Shown here one piece after another: positions 1 through 11,559 of a DNA stretch of 64,000 nt. Source of the stretch: Gammaproteobacteria bacterium (GTDB lineage Bacteria; Pseudomonadota; Gammaproteobacteria; Eutrophobiales; Eutrophobiaceae); assembly GCA_965226155.1 (NCBI GenBank), contig OZ245331.1, positions 1,338,605 to 1,402,604 on the forward strand, in the 5' to 3' direction. A program made the translations under genes and the position numbers. Within the stretch, counting starts at the first letter, position 1; each line of letters begins with the position of its first letter. A model generated the notes under the pieces. It had not been told where the DNA came from and did not search any database. It was given only the letters and a program-made list of their open reading frames with translations.

Positions 1-902
1 AACAGATCATGCTAACGGGTGATTACATTATAGGTGCATCTTCCGGGATTGATCCAACTAGTGGTGGACCTGATGTCAGTATCACTCTGGATGGTAAAGG
101 AGACAGAATATTTCGCCGTGCCACATCTGAAGAAGTCGGTAAAAACATGGCGATTATCTTTATTGAAAACAAGACTGAGACCATAGAAAAGGATGGAGAG
201 ATAATCAAGAAAAAAGAAATAATCGAAGAGGTCATTAGTAATGCAACGATCCTCCAGCAATTAGGTAAGCGGTTTCATATAACAGGACTGGATTCGACGC
301 AAGAAGCTCGTAATCTCGCTTTACTATTGCGTGCGGGTGCACTGGCAGCACCCATCGAAATTATTGAGGAACGAACAGTGGGTCCGAGTCTAGGTCAGGA
401 AAATATTAAACAAGGATTCAATTCTGTTGTTGTAGGGTTTGTGGTGGTGCTGGTATTCATGCTTTTTTATTACAAGTCTTTTGGCTTTGTTGCAAATATC
501 GCGCTCGCGCTGAATATGGTTTTGGTCGTTGCGCTATTGTCATTACTACAAGCAACACTGACCCTTCCGGGTATTGCCGGTATTGTGCTGACGCTAGGTA
601 TGTCAGTTGACGCAAATGTTCTGATATATGAGAGGATTAGAGAGGAAGTCCGTAACGGAAATTCGCCACACGCTAGTATTCAAGCTGGATATGAAAAGGC
701 ATTCTCAACAATAGCAGATGCAAATATTACAACGTTGATAGCAGCTCTAGTATTGTTCGGTTTTGGTACGGGTCCTATTAAGGGATTTGCAGTAACTTTG
801 TCGCTCGGCATTATCTGTTCGATGTTTACAGCGATCATGGTAACTCGGAGTATTGTTAACCTTATCTATGGGGGACGCCGTATCAAGGCATTATCAATTT
901 AG
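1..902 (+). CDS. secD: protein translocase subunit SecD, C-terminal part (5' end lies outside window)
   Basis: ORF open to the left window edge; periplasmic-domain tail plus C-terminal 6-TM SecD/SecF domain; immediately followed by secF. Confidence 0.9.
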   Translation, partial: QIMLTGDYIIGASSGIDPTSGGPDVSITLDGKGDRIFRRATSEEVGKNMAIIFIENKTETIEKDGEIIKKKEIIEEVISNATILQQLGKRFHITGLDSTQEARNLALLLRAGALAAPIEIIEERTVGPSLGQENIKQGFNSVVVGFVVVLVFMLFYYKSFGFVANIALALNMVLVVALLSLLQATLTLPGIAGIVLTLGMSVDANVLIYERIREEVRNGNSPHASIQAGYEKAFSTIADANITTLIAALVLFGFGTGPIKGFAVTLSLGIICSMFTAIMVTRSIVNLIYGGRRIKALSI

Positions 903-929
903 GCAATGATTCGGTAATCAATCAAGAAT

Positions 930-1865
930 ATGGAATTTTTTAAATCACCCCTTAATATCAATTATCTCGGCCAACGGCGGAAAGCCATGGTCATCTCTGT
1001 TGTCCTGATCATTTGTTCAATTGCATTCCTACTGACTAGGGGGCTGAACTTCGGCGTTGATTTTACCGGCGGTACGGTTGTTGAATTGGGTTACGCTGGC
1101 CCTGCTGACTTGAATGAAATCAGGAGCACACTGCAAGGTTCTGAGTTTCAAGGCGCCGTTGTGCAATATTACGGTTCATCGCAGGACGTGCTGATCCGAC
1201 TTGCCCCTAGGGAAGATCTGAATAGCGCCGAGATCAGCAATAAGATTTTAGGCTTACTTGAAAATGATGGTCAGCAAATCGAGATGCGTAGAGTAGAATT
1301 TGTTGGAGCACAGGTTGGTCAAGAACTGACAGAAAGCGGTGGACTGGCCATGCTGTTTGCCTTGTTCGGGATTCTAGTTTATGTCGCCTTTCGGTTTCAG
1401 ACCCGGTTTGCACTCAGCGCAATTGTTGCACTGGTGCATGACATAATCATAACCATCGGCTTCTTTTCCTTCGTACAGATGGATTTTGACCTCAGCGTTC
1501 TCGCAGCAATTCTTGCGGTCATTGGATATTCACTCAATGATACGATAGTCGTATTCGATCGTGTCAGAGAAAATTTCAGACGTATGCGCAATTCAACACC
1601 GGATGAAGTGTTTAACAGGTCTATCAACCAGACCATGAGCAGAACTATTATTACGGGTGTGACGACACTGCTAGTGCTATTAGCCCTGTTTTACTTGGGC
1701 GGAGAGATCATTCATGGTTTTGCCGCCGCGCTGATATTTGGAGTATTAATTGGAACCTACTCATCTATTTATATTGCCAGTCCGGCGGCGTTGATGATGG
1801 GGGTCAGTCGGTCTGATTTAATGCCTGTGGAAAAAGAGGGTGCAAAACTTTCTGATAGGACGTAG
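930..1865 (+). CDS. secF: protein translocase subunit SecF
   Basis: 311 aa; N-terminal TM, GGTVVEL periplasmic motif, C-terminal SecD/F 6-TM domain; secD-secF pair. Confidence 0.93.
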   Translation: MEFFKSPLNINYLGQRRKAMVISVVLIICSIAFLLTRGLNFGVDFTGGTVVELGYAGPADLNEIRSTLQGSEFQGAVVQYYGSSQDVLIRLAPREDLNSAEISNKILGLLENDGQQIEMRRVEFVGAQVGQELTESGGLAMLFALFGILVYVAFRFQTRFALSAIVALVHDIIITIGFFSFVQMDFDLSVLAAILAVIGYSLNDTIVVFDRVRENFRRMRNSTPDEVFNRSINQTMSRTIITGVTTLLVLLALFYLGGEIIHGFAAALIFGVLIGTYSSIYIASPAALMMGVSRSDLMPVEKEGAKLSDRT

Positions 1866-1979
1866 CTCCGTTGTACCGATTGCTTACTGGATGCGGGAGA
1901 TCTCATTTAGTCAATTTTACCTTAACGTTGACCGTTCACTCCGAATTAATTTGACTATTTCTAGTTGATAGGATCAGTG

Positions 1980-3125
1980 ATGAAAATTGTCGCAGATCAA
2001 TCTATTCCTGTCGTTAAATCATTGTTTGACACGATGGGAGACGTGCACCTAGTCGATAGCAGGAACATCAGTCAGGTGGAGCTCGTTGATGCAGATATCC
2101 TTATAGTCAGAACAGTGACTCAGGTAAATAGGGCGTTATTAGAAAATACAGCTATCAGATTTGTGGTAAGTGCAACTAGCGGAATCGATCACATTGATAC
2201 GGAATATCTCGACCAGCAGAGTATTGGTTTCGTCCATGTAGCAGGATGCAATGCACGATCCGTAGCCGAATATGTTCTGAGTAGCTTGTTTGTATTAAAG
2301 GATCAGAATGGATTTAACCTCGAAGATAAAACAGTAGGCATTATAGGATACGGACATGTTGGCTCGATGGTTAGTCAATTCTTACAAGTTCTTGGTATTA
2401 ACTGTTTGATAAATGATCCGCCGTTGCAACAGAAGACAGGTGAGCCTGGATATTGTGGCCTGGATGAGATTGCTGGAGCTGACATTATTACTCTCCATGT
2501 CCCCTTGTCATCTGCGGGTGTGTATCCTACTGCTAAATTGATTAGTGAATCATTCTTATCTACTTTGAAATCCGATGTCACATTGATTAATACATCGAGA
2601 GGTGGTGTGATAGACGAAGATGCCCTGTCTAAATTTTTAGAAATAAATCCCGATTCATCTATCGTGCTTGATGTCTGGGAAAATGAACCTGTAATCAATA
2701 CATCATTGTTGGACAAGATTGATATTGGAACCGCACATATCGCCGGTTATAGTTCTGATGCGAGGGTAATAGCTACTTGGTCAGTATTTTGTCAGACTTG
2801 TAAATTTTTTGATCAGAGTGTCAATGATGAAATGATGCCTGTCTTATCTGAAAGGGATAGTATTACGCTTGCTGGTGACGGGTCAGATATAGATAGCATA
2901 CAGATGGCAGTTCTTTCTAGCTATGATGTGCGTAGTGATGACGCAACAATGCGGGATATACTAGATATAAATGAGGGTGAACGTAGTGCATTTTTTTCAG
3001 AATTACGAATCAACTATCCAATCCGACGGGAATTTTCAGCAATGAATGTATGTATTAAAAAGGGTTCTAATTCATTAACGCACATGCTATCTGAACTTGG
3101 GTTTATTGTTACTGCAACTGGATAA
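1980..3125 (+). CDS. pdxB: erythronate-4-phosphate dehydrogenase (D-2-hydroxyacid dehydrogenase family)
   Basis: N-terminus MKIVADQSIP..DADILIVRTVT aligns with E. coli PdxB; NAD-binding GxGxxG (GIIGYGHVG); catalytic domain plus PdxB C-terminal dimerisation domain. ATG at 1980 preferred over upstream TTG at 1965 (AGGA 8 nt upstream). Confidence 0.85.
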   Translation: MKIVADQSIPVVKSLFDTMGDVHLVDSRNISQVELVDADILIVRTVTQVNRALLENTAIRFVVSATSGIDHIDTEYLDQQSIGFVHVAGCNARSVAEYVLSSLFVLKDQNGFNLEDKTVGIIGYGHVGSMVSQFLQVLGINCLINDPPLQQKTGEPGYCGLDEIAGADIITLHVPLSSAGVYPTAKLISESFLSTLKSDVTLINTSRGGVIDEDALSKFLEINPDSSIVLDVWENEPVINTSLLDKIDIGTAHIAGYSSDARVIATWSVFCQTCKFFDQSVNDEMMPVLSERDSITLAGDGSDIDSIQMAVLSSYDVRSDDATMRDILDINEGERSAFFSELRINYPIRREFSAMNVCIKKGSNSLTHMLSELGFIVTATG

Positions 3126-3133
3126 CTGACAGA

Positions 3134-3730
3134 ATGAGCCTGAAAAACTTGGGTTTCCTCGCGTCTCATAGTGGGACAAATATGCAATGTATTATCGATG
3201 CCTGTAAACAGGGGAGGATTCAAGCGGACCCTGCTGTCGTTATAAGTAATAACGGCGCATCCAGTGCACTGGATCGTGCAGAGCGTGAGGGTATTCCTGC
3301 ATTTCATATCAGCAGCAAGACCTTTACTAATCCTGATGAACTCGATCGTGCCATCAGAGATACGTTGATCAAGCATGAGGTATATTTAGTCGTATTGGCA
3401 GGGTTCATGAAAAAAATTGGGCCTGAAACGATCAAAGCCTTTAAAGGTCGTATTATCAATATACATCCTGCATTGTTACCGAAATACGGCGGTAGGGGTA
3501 TGTTTGGCAAGAATGTGCATGAAGAAGTCCTTACCTCAGGCGACAAGGAATCAGGTGCTACCGTACATCTGGTAGATGACGATTATGATACCGGCCCCAT
3601 CCTTTCGCAAAGGAGAACACCGGTGATAGAAGGTGATACTGTTGACTCTCTCTCTAAACGTGTGCTAGCGGTGGAGCACGATATATATTCGGAGACGATA
3701 GGCAAATTTCTTAAAGGTGAAGTCGGCTAA
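3134..3730 (+). CDS. purN: phosphoribosylglycinamide formyltransferase
   Basis: 198 aa; formyl-transferase motifs (INIHPALLPKYGG, HxxD core) typical of PurN. Confidence 0.9.
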   Translation: MSLKNLGFLASHSGTNMQCIIDACKQGRIQADPAVVISNNGASSALDRAEREGIPAFHISSKTFTNPDELDRAIRDTLIKHEVYLVVLAGFMKKIGPETIKAFKGRIINIHPALLPKYGGRGMFGKNVHEEVLTSGDKESGATVHLVDDDYDTGPILSQRRTPVIEGDTVDSLSKRVLAVEHDIYSETIGKFLKGEVG

Positions 3731-3754
3731 CAGCTTTGATTCACACCTTAAATA

Positions 3755-4165
3755 TTACTTGACCGTAATTGTAATTTTATCTGACATTATTGGTGGATCG
3801 TGCGGTGTATGCACAAAGTCACCTAGCAATAGCTGTAATGTATGTTCACCCGGTGTTAATTCCAGCGTCGTTTCAGTGTTTCCCTTGCCGAAGTGGCGGT
3901 GGTTATCATCTGTCGGAATCAGTGTATCTAGAGGTGGTAGGTCAGTGTCTACAAGTAGGTGGTGATGACCAGTGTTTGGGATATTTACACCAGCAGGCGC
4001 AACTCCGATATTAACTAATCCAAATTTGATTGTGACAGGACTAGTTAAAACGTCTCCATTTTCTGGTTCGATAAAATAGACTTTAGCACCCTCTGCCGCC
4101 GGAGTTGCAGCGTGGCCAATGTTGGTCAAGAAAATAGAAAACAACAGGATAATTGTTTTGTTCAT
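3755..4165 (-). CDS. DUF4399-family secreted protein (His-rich motif GHHHLLVD)
   Basis: Signal peptide MNKTIILLFSIFLTNIGHAA; start taken at internal ATG (4165) of ORF 3755..4213; function unknown. Confidence 0.6.
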   Translation of the reverse strand: MNKTIILLFSIFLTNIGHAATPAAEGAKVYFIEPENGDVLTSPVTIKFGLVNIGVAPAGVNIPNTGHHHLLVDTDLPPLDTLIPTDDNHRHFGKGNTETTLELTPGEHTLQLLLGDFVHTPHDPPIMSDKITITVK

Positions 4166-4394
4166 AAACTGTACCTTTGTAGATTTTATTAGGAAGACTC
4201 GCGAGTTTATCATAACTGATTCGGATGCTGAGGTGGTAAGTATCTTTATTTTATCGGAATAATTTGATATTTAAGTTGACGAATATAGCACTCTGAAAGA
4301 GAATCTTAGTTTTGATCCACTAATATCCCTGTAACTGAGATCAGGTGATATGAAAATTTTGTAACAACGCCATAAAAATAACGATAATACTACA

Positions 4395-6875
4395 ATGTTA
4401 GCTGTTATAGCCGAAACTTATAAGCGTATTATATTAGGTAATCCAAAAATTGTATTGCTGACGCTCGCAGTACTGAGCGTTTTCTTTATCTATCATATGC
4501 AGGATTTTAAACTGGATGCCTCAGCGGATTCGTTGTTGCTTGAAAGTGATGAAAGTCTGCGTATCTTTAGGGAAGTTAGCGAGCGATTTGGAACCCAGGA
4601 TTTTCTATTTGTTACTTTTACTCCGATTGATGATCTATTTTCCGATTCTTCACTTCAATATATTTCTGAGTTACGAGACGAATTTGCCAGACTAGCTATG
4701 GTTGATTCTGTGACATCTCTGGTTGATGTGCAGTTGCTAAAATTAGAAGATGGTAAGTTATCCGATGTGGCAAAAAACTATCGGACGCTAAGCGACCTGG
4801 ATGTTGATCGTGAAGTGGCTAAAAATGAGCTATTAAAGAGCCCAATCTACAACAATTTGATAATCAGTGAAGATGGAACTACTACCGCGTTACAGTTGAA
4901 TCTAAAGAGCAACAATACATACGTTGATCTGCAAAAGAAAAAAAACCAGTTGATGATCAAGAAGAGCAGTGATGGATTATCTGAAGTTGAGGAAAGAGAA
5001 CTTGAGCAGGTTTTGTTGGACTATGAGGCAGTTAAGATTCGCTTTGACTTTGAAAATCACGAAAACATAAAAAACGTCAGGGAAATTATTTCCAAATATC
5101 AAGACTACGGTACCCTGCACTTAGGTGGGTTGACCATGGTCGCTGATGATATGATTAGTTTCATTAAGAATGACCTTGTCATTTTTGGAATTGGTGTTGC
5201 TGCATTTTTGATTATGATGTTGTCTGTAATCTTTAGGCAGATGCGTTGGGTTGTTCTGCCGTTATTAAGCTGTACTTTTTCCGGGATGGTGATGCTTGGG
5301 TTGCTGGGATATTTTGGCTGGGCCGTGACAGTTATTTCATCAAATTTTATTTCGTTGATGTTGATATTGACTATGTCAATGAATGTTCACCTGATAGTTC
5401 GCTTTCGTCAATTGAAACGAGATAACCCTGAGATGTCTCAATTTGAATTAGTTTTTAATACAACGCGGAGAATGGTTTGGCCTTGTCTATATACAGCCTT
5501 AACAACCATGATAGGATTTGCTTCGCTAGTCGTCAGTGACATTAAACCAGTAATTGACTTCGGTTGGATGATGACACTGGGTTTGGGTGTGACATTCCTG
5601 ACATCCTTTATCTTATTCCCTACTGTGCTTGTCAGCTTGGACAAGGTTCTAGAAACCAAGACTGAGAGTGACGAAATACCATTTACTGCAGCGTTGGCAC
5701 GTTTTACCGAAAAACATGGTAACAAGGTCATGCTTGTATCAGTCATACTTGCAGTTGTTAGTATATTTGGGATTACACAATTGAAGGTGGAAAACAGTTT
5801 CATTAATTATTTCAGCAAGAGAACAGAAATTTATCGTGGTTTTCAACTGATAGACGAAAAACTTGGAGGAACTACGCCGCTAGACATCGTAATTAAGTTT
5901 AACCCGATTGAGGAATATGGTGAGGACTTTCTTGCTGAAGATGATGAAATGTCAGATCTGGATGCATTATTTGGTGAAATTGAGATCGATCCGGCAGACG
6001 CTTGGTTTACATCGTATAAACTTGATCGAATCAATGCTGTCCATAATTATTTAGATAACCTTAGCGCTGTAGGAAAAGTATTGTCTCTTAGTTCGGTTAT
6101 TCAACTAGCGGAAGAACTAAATAAAGGAGAAGAATTAGACGCATTTGAATTGGCAATAATATATAAACGCATTCCGCAAGAACTGAGAGAAAGTATTATC
6201 GACCCATATATATCCATCAGCGAAAATGAAGCGAGGATATCTACACGTATTGTCGATTCTATGCCGGATCTTCGGCGAAATGAGCTCTTACTTAAAATAG
6301 CTGATGATTTAGAGAAGCAATTACAAATTAATGCTGAAGATATTCAGATAACCGGGTTGATGATTCTGTACAATAATATGTTGCAAAGCCTTTTCAAATC
6401 CCAGGTCCTGACGTTGGGAGTTGTCATGATTGGTATAGCAGTCATGCTTTTAGTATTGTTTCAGTCGTTTTCGCTTGCAGTCATCGGGATTATCCCAAAC
6501 ATTCTAGCCGCAACTACCATACTCGGCTTGATGGGCTTAGTAGGTATTCCACTCGATATGATGACCATTACTATTGCAGCCATTTCTATCGGCATCGCCG
6601 TGGATAACAGTATTCATTACATTTATCGGTTTCGAGAGGAATTACCAAAAAGGGGCGGTGATTATGTTGCTACCTTGCATTATTGTCATGCCAGTATCGG
6701 CCGAGCGGTGTTTTATACAGCACTTATCATCATTATCGGATTTTCTATACTGGTATTCTCTAACTTTATACCGACAATTTATTTCGGATTATTGACAGCA
6801 TTGGCGATGTTCATTGCCTTATTGGCTGCATTAACATTACTTCCTCGCTTAATTCTCGTTTTGAGACCGTTTTAA
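4395..6875 (+). CDS. MMPL / RND-superfamily exporter (COG1033-like; 2 x 6-TM bundles with large periplasmic loops)
   Basis: 826 aa; N-terminal TM, long hydrophilic loop, then TM cluster, second loop, second TM cluster with sterol-sensing-domain-like pattern; no start ambiguity. Confidence 0.75.
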   Translation: MLAVIAETYKRIILGNPKIVLLTLAVLSVFFIYHMQDFKLDASADSLLLESDESLRIFREVSERFGTQDFLFVTFTPIDDLFSDSSLQYISELRDEFARLAMVDSVTSLVDVQLLKLEDGKLSDVAKNYRTLSDLDVDREVAKNELLKSPIYNNLIISEDGTTTALQLNLKSNNTYVDLQKKKNQLMIKKSSDGLSEVEERELEQVLLDYEAVKIRFDFENHENIKNVREIISKYQDYGTLHLGGLTMVADDMISFIKNDLVIFGIGVAAFLIMMLSVIFRQMRWVVLPLLSCTFSGMVMLGLLGYFGWAVTVISSNFISLMLILTMSMNVHLIVRFRQLKRDNPEMSQFELVFNTTRRMVWPCLYTALTTMIGFASLVVSDIKPVIDFGWMMTLGLGVTFLTSFILFPTVLVSLDKVLETKTESDEIPFTAALARFTEKHGNKVMLVSVILAVVSIFGITQLKVENSFINYFSKRTEIYRGFQLIDEKLGGTTPLDIVIKFNPIEEYGEDFLAEDDEMSDLDALFGEIEIDPADAWFTSYKLDRINAVHNYLDNLSAVGKVLSLSSVIQLAEELNKGEELDAFELAIIYKRIPQELRESIIDPYISISENEARISTRIVDSMPDLRRNELLLKIADDLEKQLQINAEDIQITGLMILYNNMLQSLFKSQVLTLGVVMIGIAVMLLVLFQSFSLAVIGIIPNILAATTILGLMGLVGIPLDMMTITIAAISIGIAVDNSIHYIYRFREELPKRGGDYVATLHYCHASIGRAVFYTALIIIIGFSILVFSNFIPTIYFGLLTALAMFIALLAALTLLPRLILVLRPF

Positions 6876-7126
6876 TCCCCTCATTCCGGTTGGGCGGGAT
6901 GTCAAGCTGCTAATATAATTATTGCTTATCTATCAGATAGATATCATAAATTAATAACCAGAAGATAATAAAGTGGGAACTTTATATGATTGAGGCCTTT
7001 CTCATTACAGCAAATATAATTAAAATATGGTGTACCCACGCAACGGTGAAGCATTCTTGCAACACAAGCTTCGTCCAGCTTGGCAGATATATAAAAATAA
7101 TTACACGAATCCCGGAGATATAGAAA

Positions 7127-7750
7127 ATGATGTATCGAGCAGTACTCACGATAATGATAGTCACAGGATTTGCTTTTCAATCGTCGCATGCAGTTAGCCC
7201 GACTGCGGGGGAAGTTGTAAAAAATACATCGACCCAAGTCATTGAGCGGCTTAGATCAGAAGAAGAAGAGCTGAAATCCAATCCTGATCGGATTTATTCA
7301 TATATAAATCAACTGGTTATACCTCATTTTGATTTCTATAACATGTCCAGATGGGTGTTGGGAAATAGTTGGAGAAGGGCAACGGAGCAACAACAGCAAG
7401 TTTTTATTAAACAATTCAGGACGCTACTGGTGCGGACCTATGCCAAGGCACTGTTAGAATACTCAGATGAGGAAATTCGCTACTACCCCGAGCAGGTCAG
7501 TCCGAAATCAAATACCGTTGTCGTGAAATCAGAGGTCAAGGATTCAAGTAGTGCCAATACAGTCCCTATCCATTACCGGATGCATGTTATTGATGGTGCA
7601 TGGAAGGTGGTTGATGTGTCAGTGGATGGAATCAGCCTAGTTTCGACATATCGAGGCTCGTTTGCCTCTGAAATCAGGGAAAACGGCCTGGATTCATTGA
7701 TTGCTAAGCTCGAAGACCGTAATGGAAAGTTGGAAAATACGCTCGATTAA
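7127..7750 (+). CDS. mlaC: phospholipid-binding periplasmic protein MlaC (Ttg2D/toluene-tolerance family)
   Basis: 207 aa with signal peptide; MlaC-family sequence pattern; followed by ibaG and murA as in E. coli mla locus. Confidence 0.8.
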   Translation: MMYRAVLTIMIVTGFAFQSSHAVSPTAGEVVKNTSTQVIERLRSEEEELKSNPDRIYSYINQLVIPHFDFYNMSRWVLGNSWRRATEQQQQVFIKQFRTLLVRTYAKALLEYSDEEIRYYPEQVSPKSNTVVVKSEVKDSSSANTVPIHYRMHVIDGAWKVVDVSVDGISLVSTYRGSFASEIRENGLDSLIAKLEDRNGKLENTLD

Positions 7751-7952
7751 AAATGCTATTGCAATAGGTATCCGTCTCTACTCGTCTCACGTTACCTCAA
7801 TACTATAATTATTACTCAGGTCTCTGGTAAATACCTACAGAGACCGGGATAATCACATCTTTTCGATTAGCACATCGGAAATTCCAGATAGAAATTATTC
7901 TGAGCTTCCTAAATCAACCATTGCAGGAAGTGGCTGCCATTCAGGGGGAAGA

Positions 7953-8204
7953 ATGCAAATTAATGAAATAAAAAGTCTCATTGAAAAGGCGATGCCATCT
8001 GCCATAGTAGAAGTAGACGGGGATGGTACACATTTTGGTGCTATCGTTGTGAGTGAAGAATTTTTGGGCAAGACAATGGTGCAGCAACATCAACTGGTCT
8101 ATAAGGCGTTAGGATCAAAAGTAGGGAACGATATTCATGCCCTTACTGTCCAGACCTATACACCAAAAGAGTGGGAAGAGAAAAAAGGCCTCAAGATTAT
8201 TTAA
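7953..8204 (+). CDS. ibaG: BolA-family protein IbaG (YrbA)
   Basis: 83 aa; BolA fold motifs (GDGTHF..., conserved H before C-terminus); conserved position immediately upstream of murA. Confidence 0.85.
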   Translation: MQINEIKSLIEKAMPSAIVEVDGDGTHFGAIVVSEEFLGKTMVQQHQLVYKALGSKVGNDIHALTVQTYTPKEWEEKKGLKII

Positions 8205-8213
8205 TAATATTAA

Positions 8214-9485
<1,272 letters not shown>

Positions 9486-9553
9486 CAGGTGTAATAGTTA
9501 TAGTAAGTAGAAAGCTAAGACATAAATTTCAATTTCTCAATTAGTGAATAACA

Positions 9554-10186
9554 GTGCAGGATAAATTAACAATCGCAATTTCCAAAGGCAGGATATTTGA
9601 AGAATCACTGCCCCTGTTGCAGAAGATGGACATTGTTCTTGAGGAAGATCCGAATACCTCTCGAAAGTTAATTTTCGAAACCAACCAGCCCGAAATCAGG
9701 ATTCTTATTATTAGGGCTACTGATGTCCCAACCTATGTGGATTACGGGGCTGCTGATATCGGAATTGCCGGAAAAGACGTGCTGCTTGAGTTCGACAGCA
9801 ACGAGTTGTACGAGCCTTTAGATCTAGGAATCGCGAAGTGCAAATTGATGCTTGCTGAATTAGAGAACGCCAATTTGGGGAGCGAACAAAATCGAGTTGC
9901 AACGAAATATACTAAGACAACACGAGATTATTTTGCCACTCTCGGTGTCCAGGTGGAAGTCATTAAGCTATATGGATCTATGGAGCTTGCCCCGGTAATG
10001 GGTTTGTCAGATAAGATAGTTGATCTTGTTGATACGGGAAGCACATTGAAAGCAAATGGTCTGATTGCAACTGATACAATTTGTGAAATCAGCTCCCGTT
10101 TGATAGTCAACAAGGCTGCCATGAAGTTGAAACAAAAGCGTGTTAAAAAAATAATCAATCAACTATCCGATCTGGTGAAAACGTGA
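9554..10186 (+). CDS. hisG: ATP phosphoribosyltransferase, short form (HisZ-dependent type)
   Basis: 210 aa; LTIAISKGRI..., PRPP-binding region DLVDTGSTLKANGL. Confidence 0.9.
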   Translation: MQDKLTIAISKGRIFEESLPLLQKMDIVLEEDPNTSRKLIFETNQPEIRILIIRATDVPTYVDYGAADIGIAGKDVLLEFDSNELYEPLDLGIAKCKLMLAELENANLGSEQNRVATKYTKTTRDYFATLGVQVEVIKLYGSMELAPVMGLSDKIVDLVDTGSTLKANGLIATDTICEISSRLIVNKAAMKLKQKRVKKIINQLSDLVKT

Positions 10187-11490
10187 TTCCCATAAGGAGA
10201 ATTAATGAAAGTGACCCAGACTTCGAAAGGCAGTTGGATGAGCTATCTGATTCCACTAATGTTGATGATTCTGTATTGACCCGTGAAGTCTCAGAAATCA
10301 TTGATGCAGTAAAGCAAAGGGGTGACGATGCTCTGATCGAATTTACAAATAGATTTGATCAACAAAATATAAAAATAGATGACTTAGAAGTACCTTATGG
10401 GCGATCAGAAGAGGCAACTGGCAAAATTTCGTCCGAATTACTGCAATCACTGACGTTTGCAGCTGAACGTATTCGAAGCTTTCACGAGCATCAGAAAATT
10501 GAGTCATGGAAATATCAAGACAAAGAAGGATTTGAATTAGGTCAACAGGTAACCCCTTTGGATCGGGTAGGTGTTTATGTTCCTGGCGGCAAAGCGGCTT
10601 ATCCATCAACGGTATTAATGAACGTTATACCAGCAAAGATTGCCGAAGTGAGTGAAATCATCATGGTTGTCCCTATGCCACGTGGTCAATTGAATGAAAT
10701 GGTATTGGCATCCGCGTATATATCAGGTGTAGATCGTGTCTTTACGATAGGTGGGGCCCAGGCAATTGCAGCAATGGCTTTTGGTACAACCACAGTCCCA
10801 AAGGTGGATAAAATTGTCGGCCCCGGTAACCGCTATGTTGCAGCAGCTAAGCGTCTAGTTTTCGGTAAGGTTGGAATAGATATGATCGCTGGTCCTTCTG
10901 AGGTGTTGATATTAAATGATGGCAGCGGTGATCCGGACTGGATTGCAATGGATATGTTTGCCCAGGCTGAACATGATGAGGATGCGAGGGCTATTTTGGT
11001 GGGAACCAACAGCGAATTTATCGATCAGGTATCGGATAGTATTAACAGGTTGCTCCCACAGATGGAGCGATCAGAGATTATCAAGAATTCCCTTGAGAAG
11101 AATGGTGTCATAATTCAAGTGGGTGATCTTGATTTAGCAGTAAAGGTGATAAACAAGCTAGCTCCAGAGCATGTCCAGTTGCCTATCAAGGATCCTCAAT
11201 CTATTGTATCTAAAATCAAGCATGCTGGTGCAATCTTTTTGGGTCACTATGCAGCAGAATCACTCGGGGATTACTGTGCTGGTCCCAGTCATGTCTTACC
11301 AACTTCAGGAACTGCCAGGTTTTCATCACCATTGGGTGTCTATGATTTCCAGAAGAGAACCTCAGTGATTAAGTGTGATGCGGATTCCGCCACATCGGTT
11401 AATCAGGCTTCGTCTACATTGGCACGAGGGGAAGGATTAACCGCCCATGCTCTTTCTGCAGAATATAGGATGACCGGCCAGAAAAAATAG
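10183..11490 (+). CDS. hisD: histidinol dehydrogenase
   Basis: 435 aa; overlaps hisG stop by 4 nt; conserved HisD motifs (VPGGKAAYPSTVLM, AQAEHDEDA, GDYCAGPSHVLPTSGTARF). Confidence 0.93.
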   Translation: MIPIRRINESDPDFERQLDELSDSTNVDDSVLTREVSEIIDAVKQRGDDALIEFTNRFDQQNIKIDDLEVPYGRSEEATGKISSELLQSLTFAAERIRSFHEHQKIESWKYQDKEGFELGQQVTPLDRVGVYVPGGKAAYPSTVLMNVIPAKIAEVSEIIMVVPMPRGQLNEMVLASAYISGVDRVFTIGGAQAIAAMAFGTTTVPKVDKIVGPGNRYVAAAKRLVFGKVGIDMIAGPSEVLILNDGSGDPDWIAMDMFAQAEHDEDARAILVGTNSEFIDQVSDSINRLLPQMERSEIIKNSLEKNGVIIQVGDLDLAVKVINKLAPEHVQLPIKDPQSIVSKIKHAGAIFLGHYAAESLGDYCAGPSHVLPTSGTARFSSPLGVYDFQKRTSVIKCDADSATSVNQASSTLARGEGLTAHALSAEYRMTGQKK

Positions 11491-11559
11491 TCTTTACCTA
11501 AGTTAAGACAAAATCTCTGGGCGACTATGAACCGTAAGTAGAGTAATGAGTAGATTCAT

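Noticed and set aside
5438-5803. 121-aa minus-strand ORF inside the MMPL gene
   Set aside because: This antisense ORF lies within a clearly coding, well-supported gene. No independent signals.
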